A program made the position numbers and the translations under genes. A model generated the notes under the pieces. It was not told the origin of the DNA. It worked only from the letters and a program-made list of their open reading frames with translations, and did not search any database. From positions 52,700,001 through 52,764,000 of the forward strand of contig NC_043008.1 of NCBI RefSeq assembly GCF_006345805.1: a stretch of 64,000 nt of DNA, read 5' to 3'. This stretch comes from Octopus sinensis (lineage: Eukaryota). This document shows, piece after piece, positions 51,177 to 64,000 of this stretch (positions are counted from its first letter, which is position 1; each line of letters starts with the position of its first letter).

Positions 51177-53539
51177 GAAAACCACTGCAACAGCCAGACT
51201 ATTGGATGTTGTTATACACCTCTAGTCACAATGCACTTCCTCACATTGTTGTAGCTTTTAAACAGCATGTAAATATTGGGTTAAAAACCTCTTAAATTGT
51301 AAAAGAGCTGAAGGCTGCTCATCAGAATTGAACCCACATCTCTTGTAGATATGACAGGCATTCTATCCAAAATGCCTTTTAACCCAACATTTACGTGCTA
51401 TTAGTTATAGTTTTACCTATGTGCTTTAAAATTATTTCAGATTCTCACAAAAGTTTATGAATTCCTATGATGTCAATATAAATATGCAGTGTGAATATTT
51501 TTATTAAATATACTGCCCCTAACCACATGCAATAATTAGATTTCAGTTATTTAATTATCCTCTTTGTGTCAACTTTAATATTATTGTTGTCAGTAAGTCA
51601 TACACTCTATTATTATTTACAATGCTTTAAAATAGGTCAAAGATCTGGGGATGGTAACACAAGCAGTGGCTCTGTATATATGTAGAAACATATGTTTATG
51701 GTTGCTATTGAAACCATTGCTATTGAATTACAATTCTAATTAATATTATGTCATTATTGTCCTCTAGTGAATTAATTGTTGTAATTACTCCTATTGTTTA
51801 ATTCTTACGACAACTTTGGATGAATCTATTTGTAAATAATTAACAGAATCAAACAAAGTTGTAGTGGCCTGAAAATGTTTGGGAATGATTCGTAAAACAA
51901 AGGTATGATACTGCTGGCTGCTTGCTTCAGTTTAGCCTTGACAAGGAAATAGGTTACTAGATTCAGTTCATCAAAGAAGTCAATCAGACCAGTAAAAACA
52001 ATTTTTTGTTTGTTTGTTTGCGATTCAGTTTCAGACTAAGAAAGACAAGGTACATAGGAAACAAAAGGTTCTTTTGAGGACAGAAGAAGAGCCTAGTATT
52101 AGTAGAGCTTTGAGCAATCCAAATTACAATATCTTAGTAATGTGAAATGAGATGAAAATAGTAAGCATCCATACATACAACAGTAGCACAGACAATGATA
52201 CTATTGTGCTTTAGATCTCCCAATAACATTTTGAAGTCCAAAATATCTTTAAACATTTTACTATTGTTAGACAAACCCTGCAAATGCTAGCATTTTCATG
52301 AGGCAGCCTTTTGTTTTCTGGGAGTTATTTTTTGCTTTTTCTTTTTTTTTTTTGTAGAAGGGCATTTCAAACAAATTAAAGGTTCTTTCAATATCTATAC
52401 ATTTTGCCTTTCAACTGGCATCTTGTTTTTAGCATGACAACCTTCCATATTAATGGATTCTGGTTTATTTTTATCCAGATCAAAGTTTACTATATAGCCA
52501 TTTTTCTTTTTAAATTTACCTTTTCTTCTTCCAAGATTCTTAAATAATTTGTACAAATAGCTTCTTTTTGATGACAAATTTCAAAATATTTTTCTGGTTT
52601 GGAGTTTTACTTTTATTATTATTTCATAATAATGACTATTTGGGTAAGAAGCTTGCTTCCCAGAGGTGTGGGGTAGGGTTCAATCCCACTGCATAGCATT
52701 TTGGGTGAGTATCTTCTATAGCCCTGGGCTAAACAAAGCCTTGTGAGTGGATTTGGTAAATGGAAACTGAAGGAAGCCCATCATATGTTTGGGTGTGTGT
52801 GTGGTGTGTTTGTGGGTACCCATGTCTTGACATCACTTGACGGTTGTAAATGAGCATCACCGTCATACAAGCAATGTTGTTCATTTCCAGTCTTCTGTGA
52901 AAACCCTGTCTGACCATAGGGAAATATTACCTCACTTGGAAACAGATGAAGGTCGGCAACAGGAAAGGCATCCAGCTGTAGAAAATCTGCCTCAACAAAT
53001 TCCATCTGAACCATGCAAGTCTTGAAAAGAGGCCATTGATGATATATCTATCCTCTTCCAACAGTAGAGCACAGTGGAAAACCAAATGCCTTGAATCTGA
53101 TATAGATACAAGACTATATATTTATGTAGGAGATTACCCTCACTCATGAAAGTTAAATACATGAAGTCAGCTGAACAATCTCAAAAGAAAAGAAAAAACA
53201 AAAATGGAGAAGTGCCAAGACTTTCAAATCCTAATTCATGCTGCTTCATATTTGTTTACTGATAAACAACCACAGATTCTAACTGTCAAAACCAACTCAC
53301 TGTCACATGAGGTCTGAATGGTCAGATCTCATTAGGATAGGGGGGAAACATCACAAGAGAAGCTTCATTAATTCAAGAATATGTAAATACATACATATAT
53401 ATATAAAATATATATGTATAAATTTTTTTCACACACAAACATGTGCATGTGTGTATATTTACATCCACTTATGCAGGTATGTATATCTATACATGTGAGT
53501 ATACCCACATATTTATATGAAATATAAAATGCCAAAAAA

Positions 53540-53560
53540 TATGGATATGCATTTATATAC

Positions 53561-53604
<44 letters not shown>

Positions 53605-54470
53605 CATACACACATTTATGTCCATTATATATATATATATATACATTTATATTCATTATCTATAATACATATATATATATATACATACATACATACATAT
53701 ATATATATATTATATATATACATTTATATACATTATATATAAATATATACATACATACACATACATTATATATATATATATACATTTATATACATTATAT
53801 ATAAATATATACATTTATATACATTATATATAAATATATACATACATATACATGTATATACATTTATATATATTATACATATATATATATATATACATGT
53901 ATATACATTTATGTATATTATATACATATATATATATATATATGTATATACATTTATGTATATTATATACATATATATATATATATATATACATGTATAT
54001 ACATTTATGTATATTATATACATATATATATTATATATATATACATGTATATACATTTATATATATATATATATATATTATATATACATGTATATACATT
54101 TATATATTATACATATATATATATATACATGTATATACATTTATATATTATACATATATATATACATGTATATACATTTATATATATTATACATATATAT
54201 ATATATATACATGTATATACATTTATATATATTATACATATACATATATATACATTTATATATATTATACATATACATATATATACATGTATATACATTT
54301 ATATATATTATACATATACATATATATACATGTATATACATTTATATATATTATACATATACATATATATACATGTATATACATTTATATATATTATACA
54401 TATACATATATATATATATATATACACACACATTTGTATACATTTATATACATTATATATATATATATAT
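53540..54470. repeat. TA-derived degenerate minisatellite (~30-45-bp unit)
   Basis: Repeating tatacatttat[a/g]tatattatacata(ta)n-catg unit. Confidence 0.9.
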
Positions 54471-54959
54471 TCTTCTTTAAACACTCGTATGTATACAGCA
54501 CATCAACATACAATTACAACTAGACACATAAAAAGAAAAAGCGCCTCAGCACAGCTCCCAGACTCAATGATGTAATTGATTGTTAACCTGAAAAAACAAA
54601 CACACAGAAACTCAACAGTTAGAAGATGGGCATCTTCCTGCAACAAGTCATAGAGACGCAAATAGCTGAATCTGTCAGAGAAGTGTTTTTTGAAACACTG
54701 AATAGGGAAAGGAAAAAAAATGAAGCTGAGTGTGAGAGAAAGAGACAGACAGACAGACAGACCGAAGGAGGGAGGAGGTGAAAAGTGAGCTAAGAGACAA
54801 TACAAAAAAAGGTAAAATATATTAAATGGTATTAAATATTATATCAAAAACAATTTGGAGAGAAAGTAAAACGTTCAGGATTCAAAATAAATATTAACTG
54901 GAATATTTATATAGAGTAAACAATTGATCTGAAAAAAAAAAAAGAAAAATGTTAAATAT

Positions 54960-55099
54960 TACAATATATATGTGCATGCGTGTGTACATATGTATACATG
55001 CACACACACAACACACACATATATATACATATACATACATATAGACACATATCCAATATCTATAAATATGTATATATACATACAAATAGACACTTATCC

Positions 55100-55134
<35 letters not shown>

Positions 55135-55269
55135 TATATACACATACATACATACATATAAACACTTATCCTATATATATATATATATACATACATACAT
55201 ATAGACACATATCCAATATCTATAATATATATATACACATACATATAGACACATATCCAATATCTATAA

Positions 55270-55356
<87 letters not shown>

Positions 55357-55380
55357 TACATACATACATATATATCATTT
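54960..55380. repeat. Compound TA/CA microsatellite with repeated atagacacatatccaatatcta and acacttatccta cassettes
   Basis: Direct reading. Confidence 0.85.
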
Positions 55381-57722
55381 ATAATTTTAAATGATTTCAT
55401 TTATCAGACAGCCAACAACATTTCAATACAAATACAATAATGTAAAAACATGAACAGCTACAAAAATGACGAGGTGGTAGAGTAGCAGAGTGCTAAGAGC
55501 ATTGAATACAATGCTTGGCAGTATTCCTTCCTGCTCTCTACCATCTGGTTTCAAATCCTGCCAAGGTCAACTTTGCTTTTCATCCAATCATGGCCTATAA
55601 TTAAAGTACCAGTTATGTATTAGGATTTATTCTCTCTCTCCCTATCACACACACACACACATTCTCTCTGAAAGAAATTGGTTGCAATCAGACCTAAAAA
55701 GGGATGGACTCCACCAGGTTCAAAATTCCCAGAATGTGCTGTATGTCATGATGGTGCCCTTACAGCCAACTTTTCTCGGGAGCTGAGGGTCACACACTAT
55801 GTCACACATGATGGTGTTATATGTGCACAAGAACACACATATATGCTTTAAGCGCATACACAGTGCTCCTATCACATAAACAGCACCCAATACACTGAAG
55901 AAAAGTTGGCATTAGGAATGACATTCAACTATAGAAACCATGCTAAGGCAAAACTTAAGGGTACAATGAAGTTCCCCTACTCATCATATCCTATCAAACA
56001 CTCCAAGATGAGGATGAGAAAATACATACACACAAAGATAAATTGAGAGCTTGTCAGGAGTGTCTGAGAAAAAAATACAATATTTTTTATGGCTATCTGA
56101 GTTCAAATCTCACTGAAACCAACTTCATTTTCTAAATGTTTGGTGTTGATAAATAAATTTAAATACCTGATCTAAAGTTGTTGATTTGTGAAACTGTTAG
56201 AGAACTGAACTGGGTCACCTTACTGTTTCTCTATTACAGCTTATAAAATTCAGATTACAAAGCATGTGTCAGCACTGATTCCAATCAATACTGACAATTT
56301 CCTTTATCTTGGACAACATTGGTGCTATGAACAAGGGACACTGGCATACATGGGGAGGAGGAGAGGAGAGAGAACAGCAAAGCAACTGCTGGTCTTCCAC
56401 AAAAAATACCTTGCCAAGTTTGTATCATAGAAAGGAATTTTTCTAGGTATTGATCCATAAGTCTCATGCAACATGTATGTATGTATGTATGCACACACAT
56501 TTATACAAACACATACATACATACATACACAAGTATATATACATGGTCAAATAGTAGGAACAAACCCAAACCATGAGGTTTGCATCTCCTTGTCTCGACA
56601 TCATGCGATAGTTGTAAATGAGTTTCACCATCATATAAGCGGTGTTGTTTACATATACATTACCACACACATCCACCAATCAATCTGTTCATATATATTA
56701 TTGTAATCATCCTTTTAATGACCATTTTTCCCTGCTTGCATCAGTCAGATAAGGCAATTTGATGAGACAGTAATGTTTCCCTATGGTCAGACATGTTTTG
56801 TTGGCAGATTGAAAGCAAACAACACTGCTTTTATGATGGTGAAACTCATTTACAAGTATGACACGAAGTCAAGACAAGGAGATGCAAACCTCATGGTTTG
56901 GTTTTGTCCCCACTGTTTGACCATGTGGACAAATGTCATCCACTATGACATCAGGTACTCATAATAACTTATGAGTGGAACTGATAAACTATACAGAAGC
57001 ATATCATAAAAGCGATCATGCCCAGTATCTGAATGGCTCCTCTTTTGAAAGACAAGTGGAAATAGTATCTTCCTGTGAAACAATTTGGTAACAGAAAGGG
57101 CATCTGGCTTCAGAAATATCGCTTGCTTAACCCGTACTAGCATTAAAAAAGCAGTCATTAAAATGAGGATGACGGTGATGAGATAGATATATATATATAT
57201 ATATATATATATACTTCCCATATGCATGCACATACACACAGGTACAAGCATGTACATAGTTGGTTAAATTAACTCCGTCCCTGGACTGATACTTTAACTA
57301 ATCAATGCCTTCTAAAATTGGGCTCAGAAAGATGAAATGCATAGTTGACCTTCAACAGAATTTTATAATAAAACAATGAAATTTGATAAAATTATGATAG
57401 AATGAAAATGAAAAGAAAACAGAAAAAAGAAACTAACAAAGACAAAAAAAAAAGATGAACAAATATAAGAAAAATGGGTGGCAAGGGAGGTAATCAAGAT
57501 GGAAAGAGAACGAAAAAGAAAGTACAATGTAGAAAGAGAAATATAAATGGTGAGGTGAATACTCCAGCATGGCCGTAACCTACTAACAAGAAGCAGTAAA
57601 TTAATTTTGTGATGGTGGGGTTAGGATGGAATAATAATTTTAAAAACATAAAAACTAAACAGAAACCTTCTCCTAGCAAGAGTTCATAGAAAAAAGAATG
57701 TCAAGAAATAAATTTACGTTAC

Positions 57723-57765
57723 CTTTTAACTGTTTATAAACTGTTTTGATAGGATCCAACCAATG
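57723..57765 (-). CDS. FRMD5: FERM-domain protein (FRMD5/FRMD3-like), 43-bp internal exon, HWLDPIKTVYKQLK+G
   Basis: Minus strand reads ttcttttctttatttccacag|CATTGGTTGGATCC...CAGTTAAAAG|gtaacg. It encodes the FERM F1-lobe HWLD motif, and its phase-1 end joins in frame to exon 13181-13259. Orthology to FRMD5 rather than FRMD3 is from recalled similarity only. Confidence 0.9.
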
Positions 57766-60700
57766 CTGTGGAAATAAAGAAAAGAATTTAATGTAGAACA
57801 CATAATAATAACAACTTATTTCATGTTGGTTCAAGACAAAACTTCAAATAGTGGGCAAATCAGAAATAGGATGATGTGAAAATTGTTCCTGCTTTATTCA
57901 AGAGCATTTGTGGTATCATAGAGACATGGGTGAGTTAAGTATAGAGGCACATAATATTAGACCTGTACTGGAGTACTATCACAATTTTTGAATCTGCACC
58001 AACATATATTTGGTCTCTACAATTTCTATTGGAATAATAATTCTTTCTACTAAAAGAATTTTGGGCAAGAGGGCTAGTTGATTACATCAACCCCCTACAT
58101 ATGGTTTTTACTTTCTGAACCCATAATGTAAAAACTGATGAAAGAATACTAAGTATTTTATCCAGCATGCTAACAATTTTGCCACCACATCACATTAATA
58201 ATAATAATAATAATAGCAGCAACATCTACTGAATGTCTGTACATGCTTAATACTCTGGACATGCAGGACAGAGTCAAATTCCTGGTGAGAGCAGATCACA
58301 GATTGTTCAAGAGGTTAAAGCTAAATGGGTGTGTGGCTTGCAAAAAGATAGCCATGAAATACCTCGTAAAACTGAAAAATATGCCTGGAATTCACCAGGA
58401 TTCACATATAAAGTGAAGGCTGTTTGTCACCTGAAATGTTCGTAAACCAAAGTAATTTTTCCCATAGGAAATTCAACAGAAGACACAATGAATTCAAGCA
58501 GGGATATGCACTGAATGAAATCTAGACAGCAACTGACGGTCTCCAACTGATACTCCCAGTTTGATAGCCATTGTTGCTGGCTTGTGTATTCATTACTCAA
58601 GACACTGTTCTTTATGCAAGACGTTTTGTGTTAAAAAAAACTGTTCATAAACTGATGCTTATGATGAGAGGTGTTGATAAACCAAAGCTCCACTATATTG
58701 GAACTTCAGTGAGTGATGTCAATGACTAGTCTTAGTTCAATAAGCTTAGATCTGATGATGAGATATAAGGGAAATGTTTCCCTGGTGAGTAACTGAATCA
58801 CAGCCTTCTTCAGAGCACTGTAAAGTGGGGCAGAAGCAGCTCAAAGTTATAGTCCAATTAATCACATCACTAGCACCCTAGATTAAAAAAGTGTACAGAG
58901 GCATCTCGAAGGACATTTTTTTGTCCTATCCTAATGACCATTTGCTGCTCAAATGGATCCTGGTGTGCCATAATCACTCTCAACACATTTTTTTTTATAA
59001 AGACTTCATACTTTTCGTATCATAGGCAACATTCATGCCCAGGATATTCACCAAAAATGCTATGTTCTGTAATACAGCCTTTCTTGCATAACCAACAAAG
59101 AATCATAAAACTTGGATTAGTATGGAAGAGTAATCTCAGCAGTATAATTTCCTTGTGATTAAGTACTCTTTCTTCTTTGCAGAGAGTGTGTATTTATGTG
59201 TGTATATGCATATATTGTCCCACATTTGTTAACTAGTTTATGGTTAGATATGAATTTCTATGGCAAATTTGATACCAAGTAGAATTTTAAACTGACAGAT
59301 GATAAGAGAGAGAATAAGGAGATAAAGAGAGAGCAGGGGATTGAAAATATATAGTAGAATAGAAAGAGAGGAGAGAGAGAGGAGAGAGAGATTAACTGAA
59401 TCAAAAGAGAAAGAGTTAGCTTGAAAGAGAGAAAGAGAAGGAAAGAGAAAATAAAAGAAAGGGTATAGAACTGAAATAGGAAGAAAAACACTTAGAAAGA
59501 AATAAAAAAAAAGTTCCCTCTTTTTTTCATTTTCACTCTGTCTCTATTCCATTGTCTCGTCAACAAAAATATCAGAATAACTTTAAAAATTAATGTCATT
59601 TGAAAAGAAACTATGCAAAAAGCCCACTAATGTGATGAGCAACACTTAGAAAGCAGAAACCCAGGAAATTACAAGACAAGTTTACTGTTTTGATTGTTGT
59701 GTTTCATCAGATGTGTACATGTTTACACGAAGCTGTGACAATTTTCATTGCTCAAGTGGCTGTCTGCTTGCTTGCTAGCTAATTAGCATTTTATCTTGAA
59801 GCTTTCGAAGAACTGTTAACTAGTGCAGAATTAGTGCAACTGCACTGAAGGAAGTTGTGTAGTTCACTGAATAAGACTTCACAATACAAATATCACTGCA
59901 AAAGCCATTTCCCTTTTCTACCTGGAGAAATCTACAAACTGTGTGTGAGACAGAAGTGACAATTCCTGTAGTTCTTCTAAATAGTAAGTAGTGTCTCAAG
60001 TTCTACAATTCACAGGGCTGGTTATTCAGTTTCCATGGCATGTAAGTAACCAAGATCACAACATAGCCCCTTAAACAGTATGCCGGTTCAAAGCAGGGTT
60101 ACTTATTTTTATCAGCTGAGTGGACTGGAGCATCATGAAATGAAGTGGTTTGCTCAAGAACACCATGCACTGCTCAGCTCAGGAATCAGAACCACAACCT
60201 TGCAACCAGGATTTCAGCGCTAACCACTAAAGCCACAAGACTTTACTCTTCTAAGGGGTAGTCGTGAATAATCTTGAAGCTCAGAGCATGAGACAGAAAC
60301 AGTTTCATTATCATAAATCTTTTCTAGAATTTAGACAAAAAATTTACAGAAGTCCCTCACAAAATCATTCCGCATTCAGATTAGAACTTTGATTAACTAA
60401 TGTTTACAGCTTTGAGAGTTCACACATCTTTCACCTGTGTAATTCAATAAGTTTTTAATGGTTGTATATTGATTTTACAGCTGTTTACCACTGAACTATA
60501 AATTGAATCTGATGTATGTTATCAGCCACATTGATTGTGGAAAGCAGCATTCATTTCATACAAGAAAACACGAAAATACAATGGCTGCAGAGAGCTTTGA
60601 ATTCTTGATTTTAGTACTATAAATTCATTGCTGCTGCAAAACAAACCAATTAAACTTAATAAAAAGAAAAGAACAATTAAAACCAATCGTAGTTAACAGT

Positions 60701-61422
60701 TTTTTTTATTCATCTATATAACATTTGTCAACACTTCATTAAAGCTGCTTGTAAATAGTACATGTTACCAGGGTGTTACTCACAAGTGATTACAACTTGG
60801 TAACATGCACTATGCTTGTACTAATTATTTTAGATTCATATATAATCATGAGCAGATACAGACACCTCTTTCAGTCCTCTCATACTCGACCCGGCATAAA
60901 ATCCAAGATGTAACAGATGGAAGGAGAGAGACCTGTACCAGCACCCTGGCTAGGGCTCCCGACAACTGACTGCAGCCATGTGAAATGAAGATCCTTGCTC
61001 AAAGTCACAACACACTACCATGTCCAGAAACTGAACTCACGACCTTATGACCATGAACTGACCACCCTAAATTTGGGTTACACACATCTTATAGTCATGT
61101 TGGTATTCCAATGTTATTCACCAAAGAAACACTATATTAATCCTATAAAGTGGTTCATACCAAATATACCTTCCTGATTCCATTAAAATTACACTCACAA
61201 ATTGAATCTAAAACTTTTAGTTCAGTGTTACACTGCTAGTGCTAACCTGTTGCTTTCATGATCTCAAAGGAGACTAACACTAAATTAGTGTATAGATATA
61301 CTATCTATATTTACATGTGGTGAAGGAGTGTGGTCTAGTTGTTAGAGTGCTGCACTCAAAATCACAACTTGTGGGTCCTGTTGTTGGAATAGGCGACATG
61401 AGTCCTTGAGCAAAGAACTTAA

Positions 61423-62192
61423 GCCTTTTGATATAAACCCACCTGAAACCTACCTGTATTTTCTATGATACAAAATTTCCTGTTTTAAAGTGACCTAAAT
61501 TAAAACCACCTGTCAAAACTTAATTTATGTTCTAAATACTAGCTTAATAGTGAAGGCGAATGGCTCAGTGGTTAGAGCGTCGAACTTACAATTGTGAGGT
61601 TGTGAGCTCGAATCCCGGACCGGGCTGCGTGTTGTGTTCTTGAGCAAGACACTTTATTTCACATTGCTCCAGTTCACTCAGCTGTAGAAATGAGTTTCAT
61701 CGTCTCAGGTGCCAAGCTGTATCAGCCTTTACTTTTCCCTTGGATAACACTGGTGGCGTGGAGAGGGGAGGCCGGTATGCATGGGCGACTGCTGGTCTTC
61801 CATAAACAACCTTGCCCAGACTTGTGCCTTGGAGGGTAACTTTCTAGGTGCAATCCCATGGTCAGTCATGACTGAAGGGGGTCACAGCATAACTAGCTTA
61901 ATAACCCTTTCATATTTTGGCACAAGACCAGCAATTTTAAAAGGTGGACAAGTTGATTAATTTACCCCCAATGCTCAACTGGTAATTATTTAATCAACCC
62001 TGGAAGGATAAAATGCCAGCTTCGGCAGAATCTGAACTTGGAAGTGAAGATGGACAAAACACTGCTGAGCATTTTGTCTAGCAGCTTGCCTTAAATACCA
62101 GCTTAATAATGATAATTAACTAATTTCTTTATCATTTTCAAAATTAATTGAAACAAAGCAGTGTATGTCAACAGAGATATGGTAACAAAAGG
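61423..62192. mobile_element. piggyBac-type MITE interrupted by two SINE insertions
   Basis: Left end TTAA|gcctttt (degenerate) and right end aaaaggg|TTAA. The body is split at a triplicated aaatac[t/c]agcttaata site. Confidence 0.55.
61550..61891 (+). mobile_element. Full-length tRNA-derived SINE (family B variant) with 12-bp TSD
   Basis: A box TGGCTCAGTGG at 61561, B-box-like GAGCTCGAATCC at 61604, TSD ACTAGCTTAATA at 61538-61549 and 61892-61903. Confidence 0.9.
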
Positions 62193-63217
62193 GTTAATTT
62201 CATGTTGCTCCTGTCTACTCAGATGAAATGAATACCAACCAAATGCAACAACCCTTTCTGTCTCTCTCTTACTCCCCACTCAGTCATCACATCTTGGATG
62301 ATCTGTTACATCAAGAATGCAAGGGCTGAGAGGGTGTCTGCTCGTGACAACATAAGTACCTAAAACAGCTTAAGCATGGTACATGCTAGAGGTGACACCC
62401 ACATGCAAGTCACAAGTGTTTTTTTTTGCTTTTTAATATATCTATATCTAAGTTCCACTATCACTAAAAATCACAAGAAGCTAACTGCATTGAAAAGTAT
62501 TAGGTCACTGAAAATTTTTTCCAAATTCATTTAAAAATATAATATACTTGACAATTTGGTTTTTGTGTGGTATAGTTAGATTAGGAAGAACAAAATTCAT
62601 GATGTATTCTGCCAAAATGTCATGGTTAAGGAGAAGGAAAAGTGAAAAAAAAAAAATTGTGTGGAATGTCCACAGCTTGGACACTTGGTGTAAATGCTTG
62701 CAATGGACTGGACTATAGAAGACACTCACAAGCTAGGAGGATGGCGTTATACCAAGCAACAGATATATTTTTACGATGTAATCAAAGGAGGAAAGGTAGA
62801 GTGCATGAGCCTTTATGGAGCTTTTAGGAGTGGTGAGAAGATGCCCTAAACCAGAAACCTGCCCTGAATGCTTATAACAGAGTGGGCATTTCCACTCAAG
62901 GATTTCAAGGCCAGATGATCATTTTAAACTGGGAGACAGATTAAGCTTACAAACCATGTAGACCACAGTGGGATTTGAACTTAGAATGCAGAGAGCTGGA
63001 TCAAATAATGCAACACAGCCCATATGACACTCTAATAATTTCACTATTCCCATGCCCTAGACTGGTACTTCATATATTGATCCTTAGAAAGGATGAAAGA
63101 CAAAAAGGTTTGAACTCAAAAATTATGATGTTCGAATTTGTGCTTGAGGAGACCTACTGAGTCAAGTACATCAACATCAAAATAAATATCAAATGGAAAT
63201 TGTAGTTGTGATATCTG

Positions 63218-63538
63218 TAGCGGTAGCATGTAAAAAGCACCATCCTAACGTGGCCGATGCCAGTGCCGCCTTGACTGGCTTCTGTGCCGGTGGCATGTAA
63301 AAAGCACCAACCGATCGTGGTTGCTGCCAGCCTCCCTTGGCACCTGTGCCAGTGGCACGTAAAAAGCACCCACTACACTCACGGAGTGGTTGGCGTTAGG
63401 AAGGGCATCCAGCTGTAGAAACACTGCCAGATCAGACCGGAGCCTGGTGCAGCCTCCTGGCTTCCCAGACCCCGGTCGAACCATCCAACCCATGCTAGCA
63501 TGGAAAACAGACATTAAACGATGATGATGATGATGATT
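63218..63538 (+). mobile_element. SINE-like family R
   Basis: TAAAAAGCACC units at 63231, 63298 and 63360; tail ccatgctagcatggaaaacagacattaaac(GAT)n. Confidence 0.88.
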
Positions 63539-64000
63539 TTGTCATTATTCTTAGGATTCTGCTAATCAACGATAGAGGATTAGCTTGATTAACTCTTACA
63601 ACTTAAGACTAGATATAGTCCCTCTTTGTCCATTCAGTATTTAGAATGCCATCATCCACCAAGGAGGCATGCAATGGGCTCAGACAAAGAAGCATGTGAT
63701 TATGAACCCAAAGTTTTAACCACGTAGCTATACCTACATAGAGGAAAAGGAAATGCTGTTTAGCAACACCAACAGGCCTGGTGTGCTGCACACTTATTCA
63801 GGATATGACAAATGTATTTGTATGCACCCATCAGTCACATCAAATGCTTTCCCCAGCTAGTTTTGGTTTGCTGCTGCTGCTCTCTTTCTCTCTACTAACA
63901 TATGGAAAAGAGATATAATATAGTAATATAGTATTTCTACAAATCTAGGACTATTATAAAATAAAGTGAAAATAAATTACAGATGTGTGCATGTGCACAC

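Noticed and set aside
54503-54600. Acceptor-like ttgttttttcag|gttaac and a 100-aa ORF
   Set aside because: No matching donor or homology; the ORF is partly low complexity.
58410-58511. GKNYFGLR resembling the missing upstream FERM exon (EKDYFGLR)
   Set aside because: There is an in-frame TGA four codons upstream and no LNL or KGQ context. The AG...GT-bounded alternative frame is not FERM-like. The true exon probably lies beyond 64000.
60757-60812. Short hairpin agtacatgttacca...tggtaacatgcact
   Set aside because: A ~14-bp imperfect stem with no TSD or second copy seen; too weak to call a MITE or miRNA.
61550-61625. tRNA gene
   Set aside because: A and B boxes are present, but there is no complete cloverleaf and the sequence continues into a SINE body bounded by a TSD. 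The same applies to the other tRNA-like heads.
63221-63372. Regularly spaced repeats resembling a CRISPR array, also at 2270-2415
   Set aside because: The sequence between repeats is homologous between units and identical in order in both copies. These are internal repeats of a eukaryotic retroposon, with no cas genes.

Overview
AT-rich, microsatellite- and SINE-dense eukaryotic DNA. The repeat families look like those I recall from Octopus genomes (inference, not checked). The window lies inside one large minus-strand gene for a FERM-domain protein of the FRMD5/FRMD3 type. Four small GT-AG exons (57723-57765, 13181-13259, 11778-11875, 283-403) splice in frame to 113 codons plus 2 nt: [113 protein letters not shown]. 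The introns are 44,463, 1,305 and 11,374 bp, and the gene continues beyond both window ends. The ORF track misses this reading frame, and almost all listed ORFs are repeat artefacts. The introns hold two CR1/L2-type LINE 3' fragments, a mariner remnant, piggyBac- and Tc1-type MITEs and many tRNA-derived SINE copies, several nested with clear TSDs. Family labels A, B, D and R are my own. The most interesting signal is a set of non-coding elements in or beside (TA)n tracts that are built from long hairpins and carry type I hammerhead ribozyme motifs. Two motifs are intact, one has a small insertion, one is truncated and two are decayed. The best one sits in a 353-bp unit with terminal direct repeats and is sense to the host pre-mRNA, as expected for a Penelope-like pLTR or retrozyme. 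Repeat boundaries are approximate unless a TSD or TIR is quoted.
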